NCBI GenBank assembly: GCA_016702545.1
Contig: JADJDT010000015.1
Coordinates: 69,744 to 133,743 of the forward strand
Length of the DNA: 64,000 nt
From: Pseudomonadota bacterium
Lineage (GTDB): Bacteria > Myxococcota_A > Polyangia > GCA-2747355
Reading direction: 5' to 3'
A program made the position numbers and the translations under genes. Shown here piece by piece: positions 18,249-28,200 of the stretch (the stretch's first letter is position 1; each line of letters starts with the position of its first letter). A model generated the notes under the pieces. The model had not been told where the DNA came from. It did not search any database and was given only the letters and a program-made list of their open reading frames with translations.

Positions 18249-19874
18249 TCAGGCCCGGGCGCGAAAGCGGCGCCAGTCGACGCCGAACCTGCGCACGCGC
18301 AGGCCCATCACCCGCTCGGTGATGTCGAGCTCGCGGGCGGCCTGCGCCATGTTGCCGCGACAGCGCTTGAGCGCCTCCACCAACAGCTCCCGCTCCAGCG
18401 CCTCCAGCGACGACTGCAGCGTGCCCTTCGGTGCCGTACCGGTGGCGTCCTGCGTCTGCAGCGTCGGCGGGAGATGATGGCCGTGGATCACGCTGTCGTC
18501 GCTCAGCAGCACCGCGCGCTCGATGCAGTTCTCGAGCTCGCGCACGTTGCCGGGCCAGTGGTAGCTGGTCAGCATGTCGATCGCGGGCGTCGAGATGCGG
18601 CGGATCGGCTTCTTCATCGACTTGCTGTAGCGCTCGATGAAGAAGTCGGCGAGCAAGGGGATGTCTGTCTTGCGCTCCCGCAGCGGCGGCACATGGATCG
18701 GCACCACGTTGAGCCGGTAGTAGAGGTCCTCGCGGAACTTCCCGGCGGTGAGGAACTGCTCGAGGTTGCGATTGGTCGCCGTGATGATGCGCACGTCGAC
18801 GCGAATCGTGCTCGAGCCACCGACGCGCTCGAACTCACGTTCCTGCAGCACGCGCAGCAGCAACACCTGCGTCGTCGGCGGCAGGTCACCGATCTCGTCG
18901 AGGAAGATCGTCCCGCTGTGCGCGAGCTCGAAGCGCCCGCGCCGCTGGCGCAGCGCGCCGGTGAAGGCGCCGGCCTCGTGACCGAAGAGCTCGCTCTCGA
19001 GCACCGACTCCGGTAGCGCCGCGCAGTTGACCTTGACCAGCGGCCGCGCCGCGCGCGCGCTGTTGTAGTGGATGGCGTTGGCGATCAGCTCCTTGCCGAC
19101 CCCGCTCTCACCGCGAATCATCACCGTGGTGTCGCTGGGCGAGACCCGAGCGATCATGTCGTACACGGGCTGCATCGCGCGGGCGTTGCCGATGATGTTG
19201 GCCGGGCGAAAGCGGCTCTGCAGCTCCTGCTGCAGCCGCAGGTTCTCCTCGAGCAGCCGCTGGCGCTCCTGCTGCGCCGCCTGCCGGACGCGCGCGGCCT
19301 GCGCGATCATCGCGGCCACGGTCGAGAGCAAGCGCTCGTTGTGCTGGTCGAGCGCTCCCTCCGAGGCCGCGCAATCCGCGCTCAACGTGCCGATCACCTC
19401 CTTGCCGATCTTGATCGGCACGCAGATGAACGAGACCTCCTCCTTGCGCAGCCGCCGTCGCGCGCCGGTGCGGTCGAGGAAACCCGAGGCCTCCGAGAGC
19501 GAGGGCACGACCACCGCGCGCCCGGTCTGCACCACCTGGCCGGTGATGCCTTCGCCGAGCTTGTAGCGCCCGCGCTCGCGCTGACTGGCCGACAGGCCGT
19601 AGGCCGCCTCGATCGCGATCTCCCCGGTGCTGGGATCGATCAGCGTGATCGTGCCGCGCATCAGCCCGCGGTGCAGCGCCAGCGCCTCGAGCACCGGCTC
19701 GATCACGTCGCGCAGATCGGGGCTGCGGTCGAGGATCTCGCCGACCTCGAAGAGCAGCCGCAGCTCGCGCAGCTCGCGCGGCTCACCGTCGCTGTCGTGA
19801 ACATTTTCTTCTGGCGGGGTCATGGCCAAGTCCGACACAAAGCCTTGGCCGACATAAATGTAGGATCGGCTCAT
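18249..19874 (-). CDS. sigma54-dependent transcriptional activator (GAF - AAA+ - Fis HTH)
   Basis: GAF-like N-terminus, GESGVGKE Walker A, GAFTGA loop (EAGAFTGA), C-terminal Fis-type HTH. The alternative start at MTPPEEN is equally possible. Confidence 0.85.
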   Translation of the reverse strand: MSRSYIYVGQGFVSDLAMTPPEENVHDSDGEPRELRELRLLFEVGEILDRSPDLRDVIEPVLEALALHRGLMRGTITLIDPSTGEIAIEAAYGLSASQRERGRYKLGEGITGQVVQTGRAVVVPSLSEASGFLDRTGARRRLRKEEVSFICVPIKIGKEVIGTLSADCAASEGALDQHNERLLSTVAAMIAQAARVRQAAQQERQRLLEENLRLQQELQSRFRPANIIGNARAMQPVYDMIARVSPSDTTVMIRGESGVGKELIANAIHYNSARAARPLVKVNCAALPESVLESELFGHEAGAFTGALRQRRGRFELAHSGTIFLDEIGDLPPTTQVLLLRVLQEREFERVGGSSTIRVDVRIITATNRNLEQFLTAGKFREDLYYRLNVVPIHVPPLRERKTDIPLLADFFIERYSKSMKKPIRRISTPAIDMLTSYHWPGNVRELENCIERAVLLSDDSVIHGHHLPPTLQTQDATGTAPKGTLQSSLEALERELLVEALKRCRGNMAQAARELDITERVMGLRVRRFGVDWRRFRARA

Positions 19875-19929
19875 TTTGTCAAGGGCCTTGGACGTTCCGA
19901 ACCGTCGTCGCCTGGCGCAGAGCGCCGTC

Positions 19930-19959
19930 GGCTCCTGGCAGCAGGCACCGCCAGGAGCC
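19930..19959 (-). terminator. GC-rich hairpin downstream of the porin gene (10-bp perfect stem, no U-tract)
   Basis: GGCTCCTGGC - 10 nt - GCCAGGAGCC, 10 nt beyond the porin stop codon. Lying between the porin and activator genes, it could be a terminator or an attenuator. Confidence 0.3.
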
Positions 19960-19968
19960 CTTCAGCCT

Positions 19969-21195
19969 TCAGCTCGACTTGACGATCACCCCCAGCGTCG
20001 TCGTGAACTGCGAGTCCTTCCCGGCGGCCGTACCACTGGCGAAGATGCCCTTGTCGGCCCAGTCGAGGCGGTTGTCGAGGCGGAACACCAGATAGGGCGA
20101 CGGCAAGTAGTCGAGGGTCAAGGTCCCCGTGAGGATCGTCTGGTCTGCCACGCCGAGGCGGATACCATCGGGGTCGCCGAAGTATTCGCCACGCAGGGCG
20201 GCGGCCACCGTCGACGCGGGTCGATACTGCACGCCGAGACTCCCTCCGTACCAGAGCGAGGTGTCGTCGCCGCTAGCGGTCGAGAAGGTCTCGGCACCCA
20301 GATCACCGTTGAGCAGCACCGTCAGCTTGTCGCTCGGCCGCGCGGTCACGATCGCATCGACGAAGTGTCGCAGACGCCCATTGGCGTCGCTGTCCTTGGC
20401 CACCGTCACCTCACCCGTGTCGGTATCGGTCACCTCGACGACGTCGGCTTGCTCCGGGCCCACCAGATAGCCGAGCACCAGACTCACGGGCTGCGTCGCA
20501 TACGCGAGCTGCACCCCAAAGGTCTTCATCGTGTTGTTATCGATCGTCCGATCCCACCCATTGACGGCGATCAGGGTCGCCGTGAGCTGGTCACTCAGGG
20601 TCAGCCCCGCTCGCAGCCCGGTGTGGAAGAAGGGCTGACCGGCCCAGTTGAGCACGCCGCGCGTGTAGTTGAAGTTGTCCTGCGCCTCGGATACCTCGGC
20701 GCCGTAGGGCGTGGCGAACTTGTCGAAGTCGAGCGTCAGGCGCGCCAGCGGCCTCCAGCTGACGAAGGCCTGCTTGATGAACTCGAGCCCGAAGTCGAGG
20801 CCCGCGTCCGCGAGCGCGAAGCGGTTGGCCGTCGGCCCGAAGCGCAGGCTGACCGTGCCACCCACGGGCGCCGTCGGCGCGCTGAGGTCGAGACCGGCCC
20901 AGGACAGCGCGAAGCCGTTGTCCTGGTCGAAGGCGCGCACGCCGCCGACTGCGTTGTTGTCGGGCTTCGGGAAACGGTAGTTGACCGAGTAGTAGCCGTC
21001 GACGAAGGCGCGGTAGGAGACGACGTCGTACCAGGACTTCGCCGGCGCCGGCGCCTCGGCGGATGCCGCCCGCGGCATCGACGTCGCCACCACCAGCGCC
21101 GCCACCATCGCAGCGCCGGCGCGCTGCCCCAAGACCCGCAGCGAGCGACCGCGCGGTGTGGCGGAGTTGCTGCTCGAAGACCGTTCCGTGCTCAT
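19969..21195 (-). CDS. outer-membrane beta-barrel porin-like protein
   Basis: ATG at 21195 (MSTERSS..). Signal peptide ending in ASAEAP, alternating beta-strand pattern, C-terminal ...LGVIVKSS. Confidence 0.65.
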   Translation of the reverse strand: MSTERSSSSNSATPRGRSLRVLGQRAGAAMVAALVVATSMPRAASAEAPAPAKSWYDVVSYRAFVDGYYSVNYRFPKPDNNAVGGVRAFDQDNGFALSWAGLDLSAPTAPVGGTVSLRFGPTANRFALADAGLDFGLEFIKQAFVSWRPLARLTLDFDKFATPYGAEVSEAQDNFNYTRGVLNWAGQPFFHTGLRAGLTLSDQLTATLIAVNGWDRTIDNNTMKTFGVQLAYATQPVSLVLGYLVGPEQADVVEVTDTDTGEVTVAKDSDANGRLRHFVDAIVTARPSDKLTVLLNGDLGAETFSTASGDDTSLWYGGSLGVQYRPASTVAAALRGEYFGDPDGIRLGVADQTILTGTLTLDYLPSPYLVFRLDNRLDWADKGIFASGTAAGKDSQFTTTLGVIVKSS

Positions 21196-21324
21196 GCTGT
21201 CCCCCTTGCTTCGATGTATTGCTTCGATGGATCCGACCGGGCTCGCCGCCCAATACCGTTGCAGGTCGTGGTTGCACTGCGCCGGCCCGTCGCTGCGACC
21301 GCTGACGCACCCGGCGGCTGTCGC

Positions 21325-21342
21325 TAGCACGCAACGTGCCAG
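21325..21342 (-). promoter_or_regulatory. candidate sigma54 (-24/-12) promoter
   Basis: The minus strand reads CTGGCACGTTGCGTGCTA, with GG-N10-GC spacing and an exact TGGCACG -24 box. It lies ~130 nt upstream of the porin ATG. A sigma54 activator gene is immediately downstream of the porin. Confidence 0.5.
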
Positions 21343-21623
21343 CCTGCCTCGCACCGCGAAAGTGGTCGCACGCGGCGCCCTTGCGGCTGCGCGGCGCCTG
21401 GAGACGGGCCCCGCCGCCCGCGACTACCGACATCCGCGTTGGAAAGGCTGGGGCGACCCCACGCGCGCGTAGGGCGCCCGGCGCGGGCGACAGCCGCCGG
21501 CGATCGGAACGACCAGCAGCCGGCTCGCCACCCGCCTCGACCCACCCGCAGGTCGCCGCGCCACGACACCGCGCCGCCACCGCGTTTGACAGTGCGGCGC
21601 GCGCGCGCCTACCATTCTCGGCG

Positions 21624-22046
21624 ATGCTCAACGATCAACAAACGGCGCAGCTGAAACAGGTCCTCGTCGACGCTGAACGGCGCGTGCTGCAGAGCGCTCA
21701 AAGCGCGCTCGAGCTGACGCGCGAAGGTCCCACCGACGGCGGCCGCGACTCGATTGACCAATCCAACAGCGAGGAGCTCGTGTCGACCGCCCTACGGCTG
21801 CGCGACCGCGAGCAGAAGCTGCTGACGAAGATTCGCGAGGCGCTCGGCCGGCTGGCCGAGGGCGTCATCGACGAATGCGAGATGTGCGGCGGACCGATCG
21901 TCTTTCGCCGGCTGCTGGTGCGCCCGGTGACCACGCTGTGCATCGACTGCAAGGAGCGCAGCGAGGAGGACGAGCGCCGCGCGCCGCCCACCGAGAACCT
22001 ACCTACCGGTGGAGCCGACGCAGCCGAGGACTGGCCCGAGTCCTGA
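21624..22046 (+). CDS. DksA/TraR-family C4 zinc-finger protein
   Basis: ATG at 21624 (MLNDQQTAQLK..), a coiled-coil region, then CEMCGGPI...CIDC. Confidence 0.75.
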   Translation: MLNDQQTAQLKQVLVDAERRVLQSAQSALELTREGPTDGGRDSIDQSNSEELVSTALRLRDREQKLLTKIREALGRLAEGVIDECEMCGGPIVFRRLLVRPVTTLCIDCKERSEEDERRAPPTENLPTGGADAAEDWPES

Positions 22047-22454
22047 GCGCCGGCCGGGCGCACCGAACGCCTTCGACTCCCGACGCGCGCCCTTTCCCGA
22101 CCCGCTCCCACGGCGGGGCGACGCGGCCACGCCCGCGCGGCCCACGGACGCGCCGGTACGGACGCGCCTCCACGGACGCGCCCCCCACGGAAGAGCTGGG
22201 GCGCGATCCTTGGTGCCCTGCCTGAAGTGGTCTATCATCGCGCTCTGCCCTCTTGGCGGGTCGTGCGACCGTGCCAGCTGGGAGCCCGGTGTCGAGTTCG
22301 TCGCGGGCGATGAGGTCGCGGGCGATGAGTCGGGCCGAGCGTGGCAAGCTGCGGAGTGGCGCGGACGGGCGTGGGGGGGCGGAGCGTGAGCGCGGGAGCC
22401 TGAGCGCGATCCGGCGCTCGGGCTGCACGGCAGGTTTCGCCACCAGTTCTGAGC

Positions 22455-23822
22455 ATGGCTGCCCTGGAACAGAAATACCGCATCATCGACAAGCTCGACA
22501 GCGGCGGCATGGCCGAGATTTACCGTGCCGAAGCCGAGCTGATTCAGGGCATGAAGAAGAAGGTTGCGATCAAACGCATCCTTCCGCACCTCACCAAGAA
22601 CGCAAAATTCGTCGCGATGTTCCTCGACGAGGCGCGGCTCAGCCTGCACCTCGATCACGCCAACATCGTCCACGTCTTCGACATCGGCCGCGCCGGCAGC
22701 ACCTACTTCCTCGTGATGGAGTACGTCGACGGCGTGAACCTGCGCGTCTTCGGCCGCACCCTGCGCGAGCGCAATCGTCCAATCCGCATCGCCGAGGCGA
22801 TCTTCATCACGATGGAGATCTGCAAGGGGCTGGCCTACGCCCACGAGATGGTGAGCCCCGATGACGGTCGCCCGCTGCACATCGTCCATCGCGATGTCAG
22901 CCCGCCGAACGTGCTGTTGTCGCGCAACGGCGAGGTCAAGCTCGTCGACTTCGGACTGGCCAAGGCCGCGAGCCAGGTCGAGCAGACCGATCCCGGGGTG
23001 GTCAAGGGCAAGTTCTCCTACCTCTCGCCGGAGGCGGCGAGCGGCATCGAGGTCGATCATCGCGCCGACATCTTCGCCGCCGGGATCATCCTCTTCGAGC
23101 TGCTGACCGGACGTCGGCTGTTCTTCGGTGAATCCGACTACCAGACCGTCGAGCTGGTCCGACAGGCCTATGTGCCGTCGCTGTTGCAGCTCGACCCGCG
23201 CATTCCAGCGGAGCTCGACGTCGTCGCCCAGCGCGCGCTCGCACGCGACCGCGAGGCGCGCTACCAAACCGCCAACGAGATGCACGATGCGCTGGCTCAG
23301 CTGCTGTTCCAGCACGGGCTCAAGGTCACCAGCCAGGACATCGGCAAGCTGGTGCGCCGCTGCCGGGGCGACCAACCGGGAGGCACGGCCAACCAAGACA
23401 CGCGCACGCGCGGGGTGATCAACAACCTGATCCGCGACGAGATCGGGAAGTTCACCTCGCTGGAGAGCGTGGGCGCCGATGCGATGGGTGCGCGACCCTT
23501 GTCGCCCGACGACCTGGCCAACGAGAGCGCCTCCTTGATGCAGCGCGACTTCGTCGACCCGCGCAGCTGGACCAACGAGTTCGTCGCCCTCAGCAGCGTC
23601 CCACCCAGCTCGACGCCGCTACCCGAGACGGACGAGCCGCCCGAGGTCTTCTCGCTCGAGCAAGCCCTCGAGGGCACGGCCGACGCCTCGTCTCAGCCAC
23701 CGCCACGTCAGCCGCTGCCCTGGCGACGTGTCGCCGCCGCAGTGCTGATTTTTGCCGCGCTCGGCGCCCTCTCGACCTACCTGCTGCGTTGGCTCGGGGT
23801 CCTGGGCGACCGAGGGGGCTAG
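22455..23822 (+). CDS. serine/threonine protein kinase with a C-terminal TM anchor
   Basis: GGMAEIYRA...VAIKRI, HRDVSPPNVLL, DFGLAK and SYLSPE motifs, plus a terminal hydrophobic helix. Confidence 0.9.
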   Translation: MAALEQKYRIIDKLDSGGMAEIYRAEAELIQGMKKKVAIKRILPHLTKNAKFVAMFLDEARLSLHLDHANIVHVFDIGRAGSTYFLVMEYVDGVNLRVFGRTLRERNRPIRIAEAIFITMEICKGLAYAHEMVSPDDGRPLHIVHRDVSPPNVLLSRNGEVKLVDFGLAKAASQVEQTDPGVVKGKFSYLSPEAASGIEVDHRADIFAAGIILFELLTGRRLFFGESDYQTVELVRQAYVPSLLQLDPRIPAELDVVAQRALARDREARYQTANEMHDALAQLLFQHGLKVTSQDIGKLVRRCRGDQPGGTANQDTRTRGVINNLIRDEIGKFTSLESVGADAMGARPLSPDDLANESASLMQRDFVDPRSWTNEFVALSSVPPSSTPLPETDEPPEVFSLEQALEGTADASSQPPPRQPLPWRRVAAAVLIFAALGALSTYLLRWLGVLGDRGG

Positions 23823-23848
23823 CCACCTTCGCGAAGGAGCCGCGCAAG

Positions 23849-25117
23849 ATGTCCGACGCGCATTTCGGTTACGACATGGGGCCACAGCCCAACGTGCTGG
23901 CGGTGGTGCTCGCCGGCGGCGAGGGCACGCGGCTGCTGCCGCTGACCGCCCACCGCGCCAAGCCCGCCGTGCCCTTCGGCGGCAGCTTTCGCATCATCGA
24001 CTTCGTGCTGAGCAACTTCGTCAACTCGGGCATCCACCGCATCAAGGTGCTGACGCAGTACAAGAGCGACTCGCTGCTCAGTCACATCTCGCGCGGCTGG
24101 CGTCTGTCGGCGATGCTCGACCACTACGTCGAGCCCGTGCCGGCGCAGCAGCGGCTGGGCAAGGATTGGTTCAAGGGTTCGGCCGACGCGCTGCACCAGA
24201 GCTTCAACGTCGTCGCCGACGAGGCGCCCGACTTCGTCTGCGTCTTCGGCGGTGACCACATCTACCGCATGGACGTGCGGCAGATGCTGGGTTTTCACCT
24301 CGCCAAGCAGGCCGACCTGACGATTGCCGCCGTGCCGATGCCGATCAGTGAGGCCCACGCCTTCGGCGTGATCGAGATCGACGAGGACTGGCGCATGTGT
24401 GGCTTCGAGGAGAAGCCGGCCGACCTTAAGCCGATTCCCGGCCGGCCGGGCTGGGCGCTGGTCTCGATGGGCAACTACAGCTTCAGCCCCGAGGTGCTCC
24501 GCGCCGCGCTGGAGGACGACGCGGCGCGCGAGGACTCGGTCCACGACTTCGGCCGCGACATCGTGCCGATGCTCTTTCCGCGCTCCCGAACCTACGTCTA
24601 CAACTTTCTCGATAACGACATTCCGGGGGTCGAGGACGACGAGCGCGGCTACTGGAAGGACGTCGGCACGCTGGAGTCGTATTGCCAGGCCAACTTCGAT
24701 CTGGTCTCGATCAAGCCCGTGCTCAACCTCTACAACCGGCGCTGGCCGATTCACTCGACCGCGCGCCCGGGGCCACCGGCGAAGTTCGTCTTCGCCGACG
24801 AGGCCGGCGAACGGATGGGTATCGCCACCGACTCCCTCGTCTCACCAGGCTGCATCATCAGCGGCGGTCGCATCGACCGCACGATCCTCTTCCCCGGCGT
24901 GCGCATCAACAGCTTCGCCCACGTCGAGCAGTCGGTGATCATGGACGACGTCACGGTCGGCCGCCACAGCCGCCTGCGGCGTACGATCGTCGACAAGCAC
25001 GTCGAGATCCCCCCACGCACCATGATTGGCTACGACCTCGAGCACGATCGGCGCCGCGGGCTCTATGTCGGCGAGGAGGGGATCGTGGTCGTCCCCAAGG
25101 CGTTCCGCTTCGGCTGA
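23849..25117 (+). CDS. glgC: glucose-1-phosphate adenylyltransferase
   Basis: ATG at 23849, preceded by [20 protein letters not shown] and [10 protein letters not shown] motifs. The length is typical for this enzyme. Confidence 0.9.
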   Translation: MSDAHFGYDMGPQPNVLAVVLAGGEGTRLLPLTAHRAKPAVPFGGSFRIIDFVLSNFVNSGIHRIKVLTQYKSDSLLSHISRGWRLSAMLDHYVEPVPAQQRLGKDWFKGSADALHQSFNVVADEAPDFVCVFGGDHIYRMDVRQMLGFHLAKQADLTIAAVPMPISEAHAFGVIEIDEDWRMCGFEEKPADLKPIPGRPGWALVSMGNYSFSPEVLRAALEDDAAREDSVHDFGRDIVPMLFPRSRTYVYNFLDNDIPGVEDDERGYWKDVGTLESYCQANFDLVSIKPVLNLYNRRWPIHSTARPGPPAKFVFADEAGERMGIATDSLVSPGCIISGGRIDRTILFPGVRINSFAHVEQSVIMDDVTVGRHSRLRRTIVDKHVEIPPRTMIGYDLEHDRRRGLYVGEEGIVVVPKAFRFG

Positions 25118-25159
25118 AGCGCCGCGGCCGCGACGTGCCGACCCTGGCCCGCGCGTCTC

Positions 25160-25292
25160 AAGAGGTGTCCAGGAATCGTCGCGAGCAGGCCCAGCGCAAG
25201 CGCGGGCCAGCGGAACGACGGGCTGGTACGTAGCATCGGGCGCAGCGGTAACGCAGCGGTCGGGCCGCGCAGCAGATTCATGGACACCTCTT
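25160..25292 (+). repeat. palindromic intergenic element, copy 2
   Basis: Arms AAGAGGTGTCCAGGAATC ... GATTCATGGACACCTCTT. The core is shared with copies 1, 3 and 4. It abuts the stop codon of the TPR gene (25292-25294). Confidence 0.85.
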
Positions 25293-28200
25293 CAGCGCTG
25301 CAGCTCAGCCATCGCCCGACGCACATCGTCGGCGAGCTCTTCGGGTGGATTGAGCTCGAGGTATTGCCGATACATGCGCAGCGCCTCGGTGCGACGTTCG
25401 AGGCTCTGGTAGAGCTTCCCCAGCGCGTAATAGACCTGCGGCATCCGCGGGCTGAGCCGCACGGCTCGCACCAGCGCGCCCACCGCCTCGGGCTGCCGGC
25501 GCAGCTCCTGCAGCGCCAGGCCGCGCCGAAACGGCGGCTCGGGACAAAGCGGGCAGGCCGTCTCGGCGCGCGTCAGGGCCTCCAGCGCCTGACGCAGATC
25601 ACCCCCATCCTGCAGGGCCACCCCGAGCAGCACCTCGGTGGCCGCCTGTTCGGCCGGATAGCGCACCTGGTCGGCCGCCAGTGCGATCGCTTGCCGCAAC
25701 GCCAGCACCGCCGCATGCGGCCGCGCGGCGCTGAGCTCGAGGCGCCCTTGCGTCTCGTAGGTCTGCCAGGCGCGCGGGAAGCGCCGCAGCATGCTCTGCC
25801 AGGCCTGCCGGGCGCGATCGGGGCGATCGACCGCGAGGTAGGCCTGCACCAGCAAGGACCAGGCGCTGCGATCGTGCGGCAGCGCCCGCACCGCCGCGAG
25901 CAAATGCCCGACGGCCCGACGCCCGTCGTCGGCCGCCAGCGCCAGGCGCCCCGTGGCTAGATCGCGCTGCCCCGCCACGCCTCGGTCGATCTTGAGCAGC
26001 TGCTGCTCGGCCGCCTCGAGCTCGTAGCCGGCCACGCGCACGCGCACGAGCAGGAGCTGGGCTTCGTCGTCGTGCGGCACCCGCTGCAGCAGGGCCTCGG
26101 TCGCCTTCCGTGCGGCGAGCAGATCGTGGCGACCCAGATCGAGCTCGGCCAACCGCTTGGTGGCGATCGTCGACCATGGATACGCGCCCACCAACCGCAC
26201 CAGCTCATCGCGCGCAGCGGTCAAGGCGTGCTCGCCGAGCATCACCTGGACCAAGGCCAGCCGCGGCTCCAGCGCGTCGGCGTCGTGGCGCAGGGCCTGC
26301 TCGAGCGCGCGCCGCGCCTCGCCCAGTCGGCCCTCGGCCAACAGCAGCCCGCCGACGACGGTCAACGCCTCGACCTGATCGGGCTGGCTCGCCGCCAGCT
26401 CGCGCGCCGCCGCCAGCGCATCCTCGCTCTCGCCGCGCGCCGCGGCCACGCGGGCGGCCAAGAGCTGCCCTGCCGGCGAGCTGGCGACCACCGGCCAGGA
26501 CTGCAGCTCACGCGCCGCCTGCTCGACCCGACCCAGGCGGAACTCGACCTCGGCGCGCACGAGCGCCGCCTCGGCCAGCGTGCTCGCCCGCTGCGCCTGC
26601 TCCCAGGCCTCTTGCAGTCGCCCTTCGCGCAGCAGCACCGTGGCGCTCAGCAGCGCCGCGCGCGGGCGCCCGGGCATCAGCGCGGCGGCGGCGGCCGCGG
26701 CGGTCTCGGCCTCACCCACGCGGTCGACCGCCATCAGCGCCCACGCCAACTCCTCGAGGAACACCGGATCGGTCGCGGGAGCCAGGCTGCGCGCCTGCTG
26801 AAGATCGCGCCGCGCCTCGTCCGGGTCGCGCGCCACCCGGTGCAGGTTCCCGAGCAGCAAGAAGGCCCAGGCCTGCTGACCGCGCGCGGCCTCGGCCCGC
26901 AGTTCCCCGTGCAGCACCTGCTGCAGCTGCCGCCCCGCGTCCGCCAGGCGCTCGAGCTCCAACAGACAGCGAGCGCGACCGAGCGCGCTGGCGACGTGCA
27001 CGCGGTTGAGCTGCAGCGCGCGCTGGTACTGCTGGAGCGCCAGGCTCGGCTCGGCGCGCCCACGCAGCGCCTCACCCAGCGCCGCCGCGAAGAGCACGGC
27101 TCGCGGTGCGCGCTGGGTCGCTTGCATCAGCCACTGCTGCGCGCGCTCGGGCTCGCCCCGCAGCAGTGCCAACCGACCCCGCAGGTAGAGCAGCAGGGCG
27201 CTCTCGGGGAACGAGCGCAGCGCGCGAGCAGCGAGCGCCTCGGCCTGATCGAGCTGGCCACCGACCAACCTGAGATACACGGCGGCAGCCGCCTCTTCGT
27301 CGTCCTCCCAGGCACCGTCCGCGATCGGCGCCGGCGCCGCGCCCCATCGATCACCGAACTCGATCGGAATCGCCGCCACCAAGCGCGCGTGCAGGTGCTG
27401 CACGGCGGCCCCACCGCTCCCGGCCCCGCCCGTGGCGCCCAGGAGCTGGGCCGATGCGGTGTAGTCCGCGAGGTTGCCGCGCTCGACGCGCAGGCGCGCG
27501 GCCTCCAAGCGGAGGGCGCTGAGCTGCCGCAGCCGGTAGCCGCGCACGAGGAAGCCGACCAGCAGCGCGAGGGTGACCACGGCGATGCAGCCGATCAGCA
27601 CCAGCGCCCAGCGCTGCGCCGAACGGTCGCCCGCGATCAGCGTCCACCAGCCGGTCCGCGGCCGGCGCCCGAAGGCCGCCGACGGCGCCCGGAAGCGCCG
27701 ACGGGGCACGCTCCGCCCCAGCGACGAGGGCGCCTGGGATCCCCCGGCCGAGGCCTCCGCCGAGCGACTGCCCCAGGAGCGTGCGCTGGGGCGTGAGTCG
27801 TCCTGCGAGCGAGGCCCCGCCGATTCGTCGCGCGCAGCCACGCTAGCCGCGCTGGAGCTTCCAGCGCGCTGCGCGCTGCGCGCGCCGGAGGGGCCCTCCG
27901 CGCGCGCCAGGAGCTGGCTGCGCTCGAGGGCCTCGGTAGGCTGTGGAGCCGCGTTCGCGAGCGGGTCCCAGGTCGCCACCGCGCCTCGGGCACCCACCGC
28001 ACCCCCCGCCGAGAGGGCACTGGTGTGCGACTGCGGCCCGGCTTGGTCGGCTTCCTCCAGCGGTGCCGTCCAGGCGGCCGGCGCCGGCAGCACGAGCGAG
28101 ATCTCCGCCTCCTGGAGCGCGACGGGGGCGCTCGTCGTCAACCCGGTCGCCCTCCTTTCCGGCGGCGCCCGCTGCTCGACGGGCACCCCCACCGGCTCCG

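Noticed and set aside
22300-22329. 15-bp tandem duplication (GTCGCGGGCGATGAG x2), and the nearby three-fold ACGGACGCGCC repeats (~22135-22185), upstream of the Ser/Thr kinase gene.
   Set aside because: They are short and imperfect, they lie in a GC-rich intergenic region, and they have no recognisable operator symmetry. There is not enough evidence to call them regulatory.
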